Assembly (NCBI RefSeq): GCF_900187275.1
Contig: NZ_LT906458.1
Span: forward strand, 750,001 to 782,000
DNA: 32,000 bases
Direction: 5' to 3'
Origin: Pasteurella multocida
GTDB lineage: Bacteria; Pseudomonadota; Gammaproteobacteria; Enterobacterales; Pasteurellaceae
Numbering within the stretch: the stretch's first letter is position 1; each line of letters starts with the position of its first letter. The notes under the pieces are model-generated. The model was given only the letters and a program-made list of their open reading frames with translations, was not told the DNA's origin and did not search any database. Below, piece by piece: positions 21,182 through 31,600 of this stretch. Both the position numbers and the translations under genes were made by a program.

Positions 21182-23110
21182 TTATCCATTTTCGCTCTTT
21201 GTTAGAAATTGTATCACTTTGTTCATATCTCGGGTACGTTTAGCATTAGGTAAGCTTTTCAGAAAAGTCGCACCATAACTCCGCATGACTAAACGACTAT
21301 CACAAATAATCACCACACCGCGATCCGTCACATCACGAATTAAACGCCCTACCCCTTGCTTTAAAGTAATCACAGCTTCTGGGATCTGGATATCCTGAAA
21401 AGGATCACCACCTTGTAAACGACAATCTTCGATACGGGCTTTGAGGAGAGGTTCGTCTGGTGCAGTAAACGGCAATTTATCAATAATTACTAAAGAAAGT
21501 GCGTCGCCTCGCACATCAATCCCTTCCCAGAAGCTTGAAGTAGCAACCAACACCGCTTCTTGTAAAGCAATAAATTGATCTAATAATTTGGTTTTTGAAG
21601 TTTCCCCTTGTAATAAAATTCGTAATTCACTCTGTTCACGAAAATACGCTGCTAAGCCACGCATCATGACATACGAGGTACAAAGCACAAAACAACGCCC
21701 TTTATTCGCTTCAATTACGGGCAACAGCATCGCACCTAATTGCGTGAGGGTATGTTGTTGATTACTGTTCGGTAAATAGCGGGGGACGCATAACAGCGCT
21801 TGTTCAGGATAGTTAAAAGGACTTGGTAGAATTTTCTGCATCGCATTTGTAATACCTAAACGTTGGCAAAAATGGGCAAAATCACCACCGACTTCTAATG
21901 TAGCGGAAGTAAAAATCCACGTACTTTCACGCTTTTGCATTTCTTCGCCAAATTTATCTGCCACCGTCAAAGGCGTAATATGTAAACCAAATTGGCGTCC
22001 CATGGCTTCATACCAATAACAATAGCCTGTAATGTTGGTCTCTGCTAAGCGGGCAAGCTGAATTTTTATGGCTTCTAAACGCTCAAAAATGCTGTCTAAG
22101 GTTTGTGAACGCCCTAGCGCTAACTTCACCACCTGCGACATAAAGGCGATCTTTTCTTGCAAATTTTCAAAGCCTTTTCTCACTGCATTTTGAGCCAACC
22201 GTTCACGCCAATTACCTCGTGTATTTCCTTCACCTAGCAATAAACGAAAATCTTGGATCGTTTTCAGTAAATTATCAGACGCGGTGCCAAGTTGTGCCAT
22301 ATCTTTGATTTCGGTGCGATACACAATATGAATATCTTTACACAAATCAAACAGCTGACGTGCTGTTAAGGATTGACCAAAATATTGGCTCGCAATATCT
22401 GGTAATTGATGTGCTTCATCAAAAATAATCACATCGGCTTGCGGAATAAGTTCTCCAAACCCGGTTTCTTTCACGGCGATATCGGCAAAGAACAAATGGT
22501 GATTAACAACCACTAAATCTGCATTTAACGCCCGTTTACGTGCGGATGCCACATAGCAATCATTATAATGCGGACAATCCGTGCCTAAACAACTGTCGGC
22601 TGTACTGGTTAATTGCGCTAAAATCGGGCTGTCTTCTGCCAATTCCACGCATTCACTTAAATCCCCTGTTTTAGTCGCATTATTCCATTTACGTACTTTT
22701 GATAAATCCACAAGCACGGAACGATCGCCTAATACCCCCTGCGCAATCACTTGATCCAATCGCTCTAGGCATAAATAATTTGCACGTCCTTTTAATAACG
22801 CAATTTTTCCGCTGTAATTAAGGGCTTTTTTTATCGCCGGCAAATCACGTTTAAACAATTGATCCTGTAAATTCTTAGACCCCGTTGACACAATGGTTTT
22901 CTTTTTCGCTAATAAAGCAGGCGCTAGATAGGCAAAGGTTTTTCCCGTTCCTGTCCCTGCTTCGACAACCAGTGCTTGTTTATCCTGAATCGCGCTGGCT
23001 ACCGCTGTCGCCATCTCTCGCTGCTCTGCGCGAGGACGAAAACCTGCAATACTTTGACTTAACGCGCCTTGTTCGGAAAAGACCTTGATTATTTGTTCAA
23101 TATTCGCCAT
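21182..23110 (-). CDS. yoaA: YoaA/DinG-family ATP-dependent DNA helicase
   Basis: FRPRAEQREMATAVASAIQDKQALVVEAGTGTGKTFAYLAPAL (Walker A), VIIFDEAHQLPD (DEAH), cysteines of the XPD-like Fe-S region (C...CLGTDCPHYNDCY) and VGRLIRDVTDRGVVIICDSRL. The likely start is MANIEQIIK at 23110. Confidence 0.93.
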   Translation of the reverse strand: MANIEQIIKVFSEQGALSQSIAGFRPRAEQREMATAVASAIQDKQALVVEAGTGTGKTFAYLAPALLAKKKTIVSTGSKNLQDQLFKRDLPAIKKALNYSGKIALLKGRANYLCLERLDQVIAQGVLGDRSVLVDLSKVRKWNNATKTGDLSECVELAEDSPILAQLTSTADSCLGTDCPHYNDCYVASARKRALNADLVVVNHHLFFADIAVKETGFGELIPQADVIIFDEAHQLPDIASQYFGQSLTARQLFDLCKDIHIVYRTEIKDMAQLGTASDNLLKTIQDFRLLLGEGNTRGNWRERLAQNAVRKGFENLQEKIAFMSQVVKLALGRSQTLDSIFERLEAIKIQLARLAETNITGYCYWYEAMGRQFGLHITPLTVADKFGEEMQKRESTWIFTSATLEVGGDFAHFCQRLGITNAMQKILPSPFNYPEQALLCVPRYLPNSNQQHTLTQLGAMLLPVIEANKGRCFVLCTSYVMMRGLAAYFREQSELRILLQGETSKTKLLDQFIALQEAVLVATSSFWEGIDVRGDALSLVIIDKLPFTAPDEPLLKARIEDCRLQGGDPFQDIQIPEAVITLKQGVGRLIRDVTDRGVVIICDSRLVMRSYGATFLKSLPNAKRTRDMNKVIQFLTKSENG

Positions 23111-23208
23111 TATTTTCAGAATCAATTACAAAATTGTGGCATAGTGTACCAGATTTTCCCTTGCCACTAAATAACACACTGAATAAAAAAACAGTATAAA
23201 GAGGGCTT

Positions 23209-24030
23209 ATGTATCACGCTATTCAACCGATAATTTTGCAACAGATTTGTCCTGAACTCCGTTTAGTGAAATACAATGCAATTCCAGCCATTAGCTTGCA
23301 ACATGACATTGGTAGCGCGGTGATTGCCTTACAAGGTGCTCAGCTTCTCAGTTGGCAACCGAAAGGCAGTGCACACGATGTGCTATGGCTAAGCGAAATT
23401 GAACCTTTCCAATTAGGCAAGGCCATTCGTGGCGGGATTCCACTTTGCTACCCATGGTTTGGACCAGTGAAAACACCTTCTCATGGCACCGCACGTATCC
23501 GTTTATGGCACTTAATCGACTATGCTATTTCAACTGATAAAGTGCGGTTAGTTTTTGGTTTATTTACTGAAGATCATCTCATTGAAGCCAAAGTCAGCAT
23601 GGATTTTGCTCAAGATTGCCAAGTAAGGTTGACCCATTATGGGCAAGAAGACGCGCAAGTGGCATTACACAGCTATTTTCACATCGGCGATATTGAACAA
23701 ATAGAAATACAAGGCTTACCGACTGACTGTGTCAGTAATCTGACGAAACAGCATGAAAATGTGCCTTCTCCCCGCCAAATTCAGCAAAATGTGGACTGTA
23801 CCTATCACATCACAAATGCGAAAACGAGCATCGTTGACCCCGTTTTACAACGCGAGATTTCTCTTGAACATCAACAGGCTAGCGAAGTCGTGCTATGGAA
23901 TCCATGGCACAAAGAAACCAGTGGCATGAGTGAGTTCGGCTATCAAACTATGGTATGCGTAGAAACAGCACGTATTACACAGCAACTCAAACAGGGCGAA
24001 GAAATAGCCGTTCGTATCACGTTAAAATAG
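23209..24030 (+). CDS. D-hexose-6-phosphate mutarotase (YeaD-like aldose epimerase)
   Basis: GAQLLSWQPKGSAHDVLWLSEIEPFQLGKAIRGGIPLCYPWFGP...GTARIRLW...LHSYFHIGDIEQ...VVLWNPWHKE...VCVETARI. Confidence 0.88.
   Translation: MYHAIQPIILQQICPELRLVKYNAIPAISLQHDIGSAVIALQGAQLLSWQPKGSAHDVLWLSEIEPFQLGKAIRGGIPLCYPWFGPVKTPSHGTARIRLWHLIDYAISTDKVRLVFGLFTEDHLIEAKVSMDFAQDCQVRLTHYGQEDAQVALHSYFHIGDIEQIEIQGLPTDCVSNLTKQHENVPSPRQIQQNVDCTYHITNAKTSIVDPVLQREISLEHQQASEVVLWNPWHKETSGMSEFGYQTMVCVETARITQQLKQGEEIAVRITLK
23540..23548 (+). other. DNA uptake signal core AAGTGCGGT (inside the mutarotase gene)
   Basis: Exact 9-mer. Confidence 0.85.
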
Positions 24031-24040
24031 CACAGGACAA

Positions 24041-24049
24041 AAGTGCGGT
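24041..24049 (+). other. DNA uptake signal core AAGTGCGGT
   Basis: Exact 9-mer just after the mutarotase stop. Confidence 0.85.
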
Positions 24050-24070
24050 GCGTTTTTAAGAAATTTGCTA

Positions 24071-24089
24071 GAGGCGAATCAATCGCCTC
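24071..24089. terminator. Hairpin between convergent mutarotase and AEC transporter genes
   Basis: GAGGCGA-ATCAA-TCGCCTC followed by TTTATTTAT. Confidence 0.6.
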
Positions 24090-24100
24090 TTTATTTATGT

Positions 24101-25060
24101 TTAGATCCAGCCTAGTTGCGTCAACACTAATAGACCTAAGGAAGAAATCAGGATCGCGCCTAACGTAGTAAGTGCAATAATGTTCGCTGCACTCACACCA
24201 TTACCGCCCATTCCTCGTACCATCGCATAAGCAATCGTCGCCATTGGTGTCGCCGCCATTAAAAATAAAATCCCCATATTCATGCCAGATAAACCAAACA
24301 GTTTGCCCACAAACACCATCACAACAGGCGCAATCAGTACACGCCCTATACTGCCCCAAATCACCACGCGCGAATCTTTTCTCATGCCTTTAAATTGTAT
24401 GCTCGCGCCGGTACAAATAAGAGCAAGCGGTAACGTCATACTAGCCAGATAATTGCCTGTAGTTTGCAATGTTTTTGGAAAAGTCAATTCAAGATGATTC
24501 ACTACATAGCCCAATACAATGGCAATGATCAATGGATTTCTCAGTACATTGTTTAACACACGCCACAAACTGACACTGCCTTGTGCAAAAGCGCGACTTA
24601 AAGTAATCACTCCGAGGACATTAAATAAAAAAATGGTCGCGGCAGCATAAATCGACGCGGGGGCTAAACCGGCTTCACCATAGGCATTAATACATAACGC
24701 CAAGCCTAAGATCCCATTATTACCGCGATAAACAGCTTGCACAAAAGTACCACGCTCTGTCTTTTCCGCAATATATTTGCCGGCGACTAACTCTGCCCCC
24801 AGAAATAAAAGCAAGGTACCGACTACACTTGCCATAATGGGCAACATTTGGCTACGAAAATCCACCGGATTACTGGTAATATTCAGAAATAGCAGAATCG
24901 GTAAGGTGATATTAAAAATAATTCGGGTTGCTTGTCCGGTGAATTTGTCATCTACCATCCGTTGTCTTTTCAAGATGACCCCAAGTAATAGCATCAAAAC
25001 AGTGGGTAACGTGACACTCATCGAGAACAAAAAAGAAGACAACAAATTCGTATTCTGCAT
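24101..25060 (-). CDS. AEC-family (auxin efflux carrier-like) transporter
   Basis: 319 aa polytopic protein with GVILKRQRMVDDKFTGQATRIIFNITLPILLFLNI, YRGNNGILGLAL and FLMAATPMATIAYAMVRGMGGNGVSAANIIALTTLGAI. Confidence 0.87.
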   Translation of the reverse strand: MQNTNLLSSFLFSMSVTLPTVLMLLLGVILKRQRMVDDKFTGQATRIIFNITLPILLFLNITSNPVDFRSQMLPIMASVVGTLLLFLGAELVAGKYIAEKTERGTFVQAVYRGNNGILGLALCINAYGEAGLAPASIYAAATIFLFNVLGVITLSRAFAQGSVSLWRVLNNVLRNPLIIAIVLGYVVNHLELTFPKTLQTTGNYLASMTLPLALICTGASIQFKGMRKDSRVVIWGSIGRVLIAPVVMVFVGKLFGLSGMNMGILFLMAATPMATIAYAMVRGMGGNGVSAANIIALTTLGAILISSLGLLVLTQLGWI

Positions 25061-25162
25061 ACTTGTTCTACCTCTATTTCATCAAATAACTTTCGCTAAT
25101 GCGTATTTACGGTTAAAATTGGGCAATTCATTTTGGTCGTTTTTTAAATTTCAGAAAAACCG

Positions 25163-25171
25163 ACCGCACTT
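25163..25171 (-). other. DNA uptake signal core (ACCGCACTT on +) upstream of yhbY
   Basis: Exact 9-mer; reverse complement context AAAGTGCGGTCGGTTTTTC. Confidence 0.9.
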
Positions 25172-25190
25172 TCTCAAATTAGGATGCATT

Positions 25191-25493
25191 ATGTCGATTA
25201 CATTATCTACCAAACAAAAACAATTCCTGAAAGGACTTGCACACCATTTAAACCCTGTTGTCATGATTGGCAACAATGGGTTAACAGAAGGCGTATTAGC
25301 AGAAATTGACAACGCATTGGCACACCATGAATTAATTAAAGTCAAAATCGCTGGCGCAGATCGTGAAGTAAAACAATTAATTATTGATGCGATTGTGCGT
25401 GAAACAAACGCCAGTGCGGTACAAACCATTGGACACATTCTCGTGCTATATCGTCCAAGTCAAGAACCCCAAATCCAACTACCACGTAAATAA
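25191..25493 (+). CDS. yhbY: Ribosome-associated RNA-binding (CRM domain) protein YhbY
   Basis: MSITLSTKQKQFLKGLAHHLNPVVMIGNNGLTEGVLAEIDNALAHHELIKVKI...QTIGHILVLYRPS. The long N-terminal extension in the ORF track overlaps the AEC gene and is rejected. Confidence 0.95.
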   Translation: MSITLSTKQKQFLKGLAHHLNPVVMIGNNGLTEGVLAEIDNALAHHELIKVKIAGADREVKQLIIDAIVRETNASAVQTIGHILVLYRPSQEPQIQLPRK

Positions 25494-25545
25494 TACCACT
25501 AAATATACTACAACATGCTATGACGTCTATGTTGTGGCAAAAATT

Positions 25546-25576
25546 AAAGGGGATAAGCTCGCTTCATCCCCTTTTT
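25546..25576 (+). terminator. Terminator downstream of yhbY
   Basis: AAAGGGGAT-AAGC-TC-GCTT-C-ATCCCCTTTTT hairpin plus T run. Confidence 0.75.
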
Positions 25577-25617
25577 CAGGTCCTTATCAGATATATTTGA
25601 ATTTCAGCATAAACGAA

Positions 25618-25645
25618 AAAGGGTATTGTTTAACCAATACCCTTT
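25618..25645 (-). terminator. Terminator downstream of the adhesin gene
   Basis: AAAGGGTATTG ... CAATACCCTTT. On the minus strand it is followed by TTTCGTTT, 20 nt after the adhesin stop. Confidence 0.75.
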
Positions 25646-25665
25646 GTTTACGATTTAAGGCTCAA

Positions 25666-28600
25666 TTACCATTGATAACCGATACTACCACCGAAGTTCA
25701 CATCACCACGGCTGTTCATACCACCACCAAGTTTGATTGAGATCTTATTGTTATCTGAGTTTCTTGCATAACCAACTGCAATAGCAGATTCACTACGATA
25801 AGAACCTACACCAAGAGAAACGATGCTCTTACCAGCTTCATTTGGACGCTGTAAGAACGCAACCGCTGTGGCACCCGCGATACCGGCACGGAGATCTTTA
25901 TCCACTTTATTGATATGATCACCTAGCTTATTAATCGCAGTGGCTTGGTTATTCACTTGTTGTTGAACTTTATGTAACTGGCTACCATTCACAGCTTGTT
26001 TACTGGTTGCACTCACTTCACCATCAGCCACACCGTCAATCACGTTGTTACCCATGTTGATTTTCGCGCCTTCTTTCACTGTCAAGTTCTCCGTCACATT
26101 GATACCTTTCACATCAATATTGTCTTTCAATCTGACACGAATTGTATCCCCTGCAACTTCAGTTTCGATGTTCTTATCGTCACCTTTCACTTTCACAGTG
26201 GTACCAAGCTTCGCTTTGTGTTCAGTACCTTTATCCGCACCAAACACTAAACCGTCGTTCATGGTGGCAACTTGCTCTTCAGTGCCATCAGGTTTGGTAT
26301 AAACGATACGTGTTTTACTATTACCGTCTTTACCATCATTGCCATCTAAGCCTTTCACGCTATCTTTCACGCCAATGATCGCATTTGCATTTTTGCCATC
26401 AGCGCCCGCAGGACCTGTTAAGCCAATCGTACCAACACCATCTTTCCCGCTGATAGCCACCGCATCTTTGCCATCTTTGCCGGCGATACTGATACTACCT
26501 TTACCGTCAGCGCCTTCTTTACCACTGATAACCACTGCACCCTCTTGAGGTTGGTTTGTGCCATCTTTAGGTCCAATTACAACTTTATTGGCTAAATCAA
26601 AGGTGACATTATGCTTATCATTGTCAACCGTTTTGCTGATCACGATATTGCCATCGGTATTGTTCAAATCAACAGTATGTTTTGGTTTCACGTTAGATAC
26701 ATTGTTATTTGCATTTTCATTGACCGAAATATTCCAGCCCGAAGCAGCAAGCTCTGCGGTTTCTTTCACAGCATGAAGCTGACTACCGTTTACAGCATCT
26801 TTGCTCGTTGGTGAAATATCACCCTCTGCCACACCTGTAATCTTAACGAATTTATCCGCGGTTGGATTAACAAGACTCAAGGTTGCATTACCGTCTTTAT
26901 CTTTAGTCGTGGTCATGGATAATGACTCATTACCGTCCTTATCAGTAAACTTAATTGAGGCATCTTGACCATCCTTACCATTCAAGACAATACCTGAAAA
27001 CTCCGGACGTTCTTTCATTACCACTTCTAAACTACCTGTTGGATTACCTTGGTCATCTTTCACCGCACGGACACCGAGGTTACCACTTGATACTTTGCTA
27101 TTATCCTTAACAGTGGTCGCATCAATACCGCCTTTGATACCTAATGTTTCATTCAGTTTACGTGTAACAACAGTACCATCATTACCCTCAAACTTCATAC
27201 CATCGTTTAAGGTAGCGACTTCTTCAGTGATCGGTTGATCATTCGCGTCTTTAATAGGATTACCATCTTTGTCTTTCAAGGTATAAACAATACGTGTTTT
27301 ACTTGTACCGTTCGCACCGTCTGTACCATCAACACCTGCTGCACCTTCTTTCACACCAATATCAGTTGAAACTGATTTGCCGTCAGCACCACGCGGACCA
27401 GTCAGACCAATTGTACCGTCTTTACCATTTAAAACTACGCTTGCGCCGTCTTTACCCGTGACTTTAACAGAACCATCAACGCCTTCTACGCCACCTTCTG
27501 TTGGCTTACCTAACGTAATATTATCAGCTAAGCTGACTTCAAGGGCTTTTCCGCCATTCTTACCATCAACGACTTTAGTATTGATGTTGTCATCACCTGT
27601 AATTTGTGCGGCTGTACCTAAGTCTTGCTTGAATTCGTTACCTTCCTTGTCTTTCAAGCCAAAACCACCATTTGTAGCAGAAGTAATATTGGTAATCGCA
27701 TCTTTCAGGTCACCAACATTGACACCGTTATTGAGTACATCACCTGTTGCATCTTTCAATGCTACCGCATCACCGTCTTTATTTTTCAGACCACTCGCTA
27801 CGTTAACAATTTGGTTACCACCGTTGTCTAATCCTTTTTCGGTTAGGCTTACAACTGTATCCTTAGCATTCGGATCTTGTGCATCAGCTTTTTTCGTAAT
27901 AGTTAACCCATTACCGTTGAGCACGCTACTGGTATTATTCGTACCACCTACAAAACTCGCGCTAGTTAAATCTTTTAATGCTTTAGCTAAAGCAACAGTA
28001 ATCGTATTACCTTGAATCTGAGTCATAATATTCTGACCCGCGTCAAAGTCCGCCCAAGTGGTATTATTAGCATGTCCTTTTACATCCACACGGCTATTCA
28101 GTTTCGCATTATGAACTGCCCCATCATTCGCACCGAATTTTAAGCCGTCGTTCAGTGTGGCTAACTCTTCAATTGTTGCTGGATCAGTAGGTTGTGCACC
28201 AGGTATTTCATAAGTAATACGTGTTTTGTTGTTAGGTGCATTATTCGGATCATCATTCGGTGTACCAACTAAATCCGCTTTCCCTGTTGCAACTTTAATC
28301 TTCGCACTTGGTGCATCTGCTGGCGCTGTACCTGGCGCATTTCCTGTTAAAGTGAGGGAACCATCTGTACCATCAAGCTTCGCACGTTCTTTACCTTTAT
28401 CATCAGTCAATGTCACTTTACCTGCTTCACCAGTAGAACCTTGTACTGTAGGATCAGCTGCTTTGCCAAGAGTCAATTGGTTAGCTAAACTCACTTCAAG
28501 CGCTTTACCTGCTTTATTAGTTGTCGGGTCAGTAAAGTCAACAACTTTTGTATTCACATTTGCATCACCAATAACTGCCGCAGTTTCACCCAAGTTTTGT

Positions 28601-31600
28601 TTAAAGGTATTGCCTTGTTTATCTTTTAAGCCAAAACCACCTAATGGGTTGTTATCACCATTTGGATTATTCCCAGCGGTAATATTATCAATTGCTGTTT
28701 TTAAGTCGCCAACATTTACACCATTAGTTTGAACTGCATCTTTTAAAGAAGTTGTTGCTGTACCATCATCTTTTGTTAAACCACTCGCAACATTCTTAAT
28801 CTGGTTACCACCATTATCTAAAACTTTATCTGTTAACTTAACAGTTTTATCGCCGTCGGTAATAGTTAAGCCATCTTTGTTAATCACTGCACTATCTTTC
28901 GGATTACCAGCAGGATCACCAAAGGTTGCACTGGTTAAACCTGATAATGCTTTCGCCAATGCTACAGTAATGGTGTTACCATTGATTTGAGTCATAATAT
29001 TTTGACCTTCATCAAAGTTACCCCAGATTGTGTTTGTTGCTTTACCTTTTACATCCACTTGCGTATTTAATTTCGCATTGTGGACTGTACCATCATTTGC
29101 ACCAAATTTTAAACCATCATTGAGTGTAGCTAGCTCTTCAACGGTTGGATTAGTACCTGCACCAGGAATTTCATAGGTAATACGCGTTTTCTTCTTAGGA
29201 TCATTTGCTGTCGCTGGTGAATTTTCTAAGTCTGGCGCCCCTTCAGCTACTTTAATCTTCGCGCTTGGTGCAGTTACAGAACCTGTTTGAGGTGCATTAC
29301 CTGTTAAAGTGAGAGAACCATCTGTACCATCAAGCACAGCACGATCTTTACCTGTATTATCAGTTAATGTCACTTTACCTGCTTCGCCAGCTGTTGTGCC
29401 TTCAGGTGCTTTACCTAATTTTACGTTATTGGCTAAGCTAATTTCTAAACCTGTTGGATTGTTACCCTCTTTTAGGATCTTAGTGTTAACATTGTTGTCA
29501 CCAGTAACTTTAATTGCCGTACCTAAAGCTTGTTTAATGGTTTGGCCATCTTCACCAATTAAACCAAAACCTTCTGCTTTAAGATCGTTTAACTGCTTGA
29601 CGTTCACCGCATCAGTATCATTATCACCAGCTGCAACATTAGTAATTTTATTACCGCCGTTGTTTAAACCACCTTCGGTTAAGCTTACTGTGTTAGCACC
29701 ATTGGTAATGGTCATACCATCTTTATTGATAGTTGTTTTATCTGTTCCAGTACCAAATGTTGCATCTTTCAAGTTAGAAAGTGTTTTCGCTAATCTTACT
29801 TCTAACGTGTCATCTCCGTTAGCAATGACACCGATATTTTTATCTGCGATAGTTGTAAGTTTATTTCCATCATTCTCACCACCAACAATTTTCATACCTT
29901 GGTTTGAACTACGTGAAATCACTGTGGTATCAGTATCAGGTTTGCCATTTGGATTACTTAACGTCGAGTTATCACCCGCAAAACGCAATGGACGAGTCAA
30001 CGCAAATAACTGGCTACCATTGATTGCATCGGTACTCGCTTCTGTCACTAAACCTGCTGCCACATTTTGTACACGACGCTCTTTACCAACGGCACCAACA
30101 GTGACCACACCAACTGGCTGCGAACCAGCAAAGGTATAACCTGATTTATTTAACCCATTTGCCATATCAGCATAAGCATTCATACTAGAAGTCGAATTAC
30201 CCGTTGTATAAGCAGAATCGGCACCTAAATACACAGAATTTTCTAATGTTGCAGTGACATTATTACCTAAAACAAAATAATTTTTCCCTTTTGTATTTAA
30301 GGTGTTATTCGCTCCAATAACCGATGAGTCAGTTAATGTAAATTCTTCTGTTGAATCAGGATCTGGTAATTGAGCTACTTTATTGTTATGTCCGTAAACA
30401 AACAAACCACTTAAATCTTTCGCTAGCTTTTTATCACTGCTGATTTTGTTGTCATAACCTGTCACATAAATGTCTTTTAGATCATTGGCTGGTGCAGCGG
30501 GTGGTGTACCAGGTACATGAGCCTTCTCTTCAATTGCACCAATAGTGTTCTTGTTACCGACAATACGCGCATTTTCCTTAGCTTTGATTTCATTACTATT
30601 ACCGAAAATACCACTTGCATTAGCAGTTAATGTACTGTTGGTATTACCTAAAGAATATGTTCCCTCGCCACTAATTACTGTAGTTTCTTTGTTACCTAAT
30701 GCACCAGCGTAACCGATACTACCTGAATTTGCACCAGTGACATTCTGGTGAGTACCAAACGCAATTGAGTTTTCACCAGTGGCATTTGCCTTAGTACCAA
30801 TCGCATTAGAAGATACCGCGCCTGAGAAAGCTTCACTACCAAACGCATTACCCGTTAACGAGTTAGCAACCGCACGATCACCAATCGCATTGGCTTTTTC
30901 TGCGGAAGAAACTGCTCTATAACCAATCGCGATCGCACGATCTACATTGCCATTTTGAATATCTTTATTCGATGTTGCAGCTAAACTACCAATCGCAAGT
31001 GAATTATTTCCTTCTGAGTTTGCTCCCGCACCAATTGCTAAACCATATTGATAAGGTTGATTTGAAATTGCTGCATTAGTTGCACTACTTTGTGCTTTGC
31101 CATCATCTAACTCTGGACTACCTACATATAAAGTACCAATAGCAATAGAACCTACACCATGCGCACTCGCTTGATTACCTATAGCGACACTACGCTCTTT
31201 TCTTGCAATAACACTCTGTCCAATTGCCATAGATAATTTACCAACAGCTCCATCATTATCATAATTAGATGGACGATCTGTAAGGTCCTTATCATTAACG
31301 CTGAAGTAATGCGTTTTTTCTGTATTAATTGTATCTCTTAATTGATTCAAATTAACTGCATCAGTACCATTGATCGCTGGCGCTACATTAGAAAGACGCG
31401 TATTCTCTTTTAAAGTAATTTTGTGATTTGCACCACTATTTGGATCTGGTGAAACTAAGTCATATTTAACATCTGAAGTAGCAGAACTATGCGCTAAATT
31501 ATTAAATTGCGCTTGTAATTTCGTCGTGACATCTTCAGAAACACGCTTCAGTTGCGCAACGGTTACTGCATCTTGCTCATCTGCACCATCCGCAACATTA

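Noticed and set aside
24777-25190. N-terminal extension of the 238 aa ORF ending in YhbY
   Set aside because: It overlaps the AEC transporter gene antisense. The conserved YhbY begins exactly at the ATG at 25191.
25996-26814. Cluster of 67-85 aa plus-strand ORFs opposite the adhesin C-terminal stalk
   Set aside because: Short, overlapping in different frames, low complexity, and antisense to a well-supported coding region.
27377-28732. Plus-strand ORFs of 212 aa (27377-28015) and 168 aa (28226-28732) opposite the adhesin
   Set aside because: They repeat the same low-complexity antisense pattern as the 276 aa ORF, with no domain-like sequence. Not treated as genes.
26845-29640. Regularly spaced repeats considered as a CRISPR or satellite array
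   Set aside because: The repeats are ~0.9-1 kb, degenerate, in-frame and protein-coding, without short identical repeats or unique spacers.
29309-30139. 276 aa plus-strand ORF antisense to the adhesin
   Set aside because: Shadow ORF. Its Pro/Ala/Ser/Leu-rich composition (LPSLPALPVK-type strings) is the antisense reading of the repetitive Gly/Asp/Lys-rich stalk, and recurs opposite each module.
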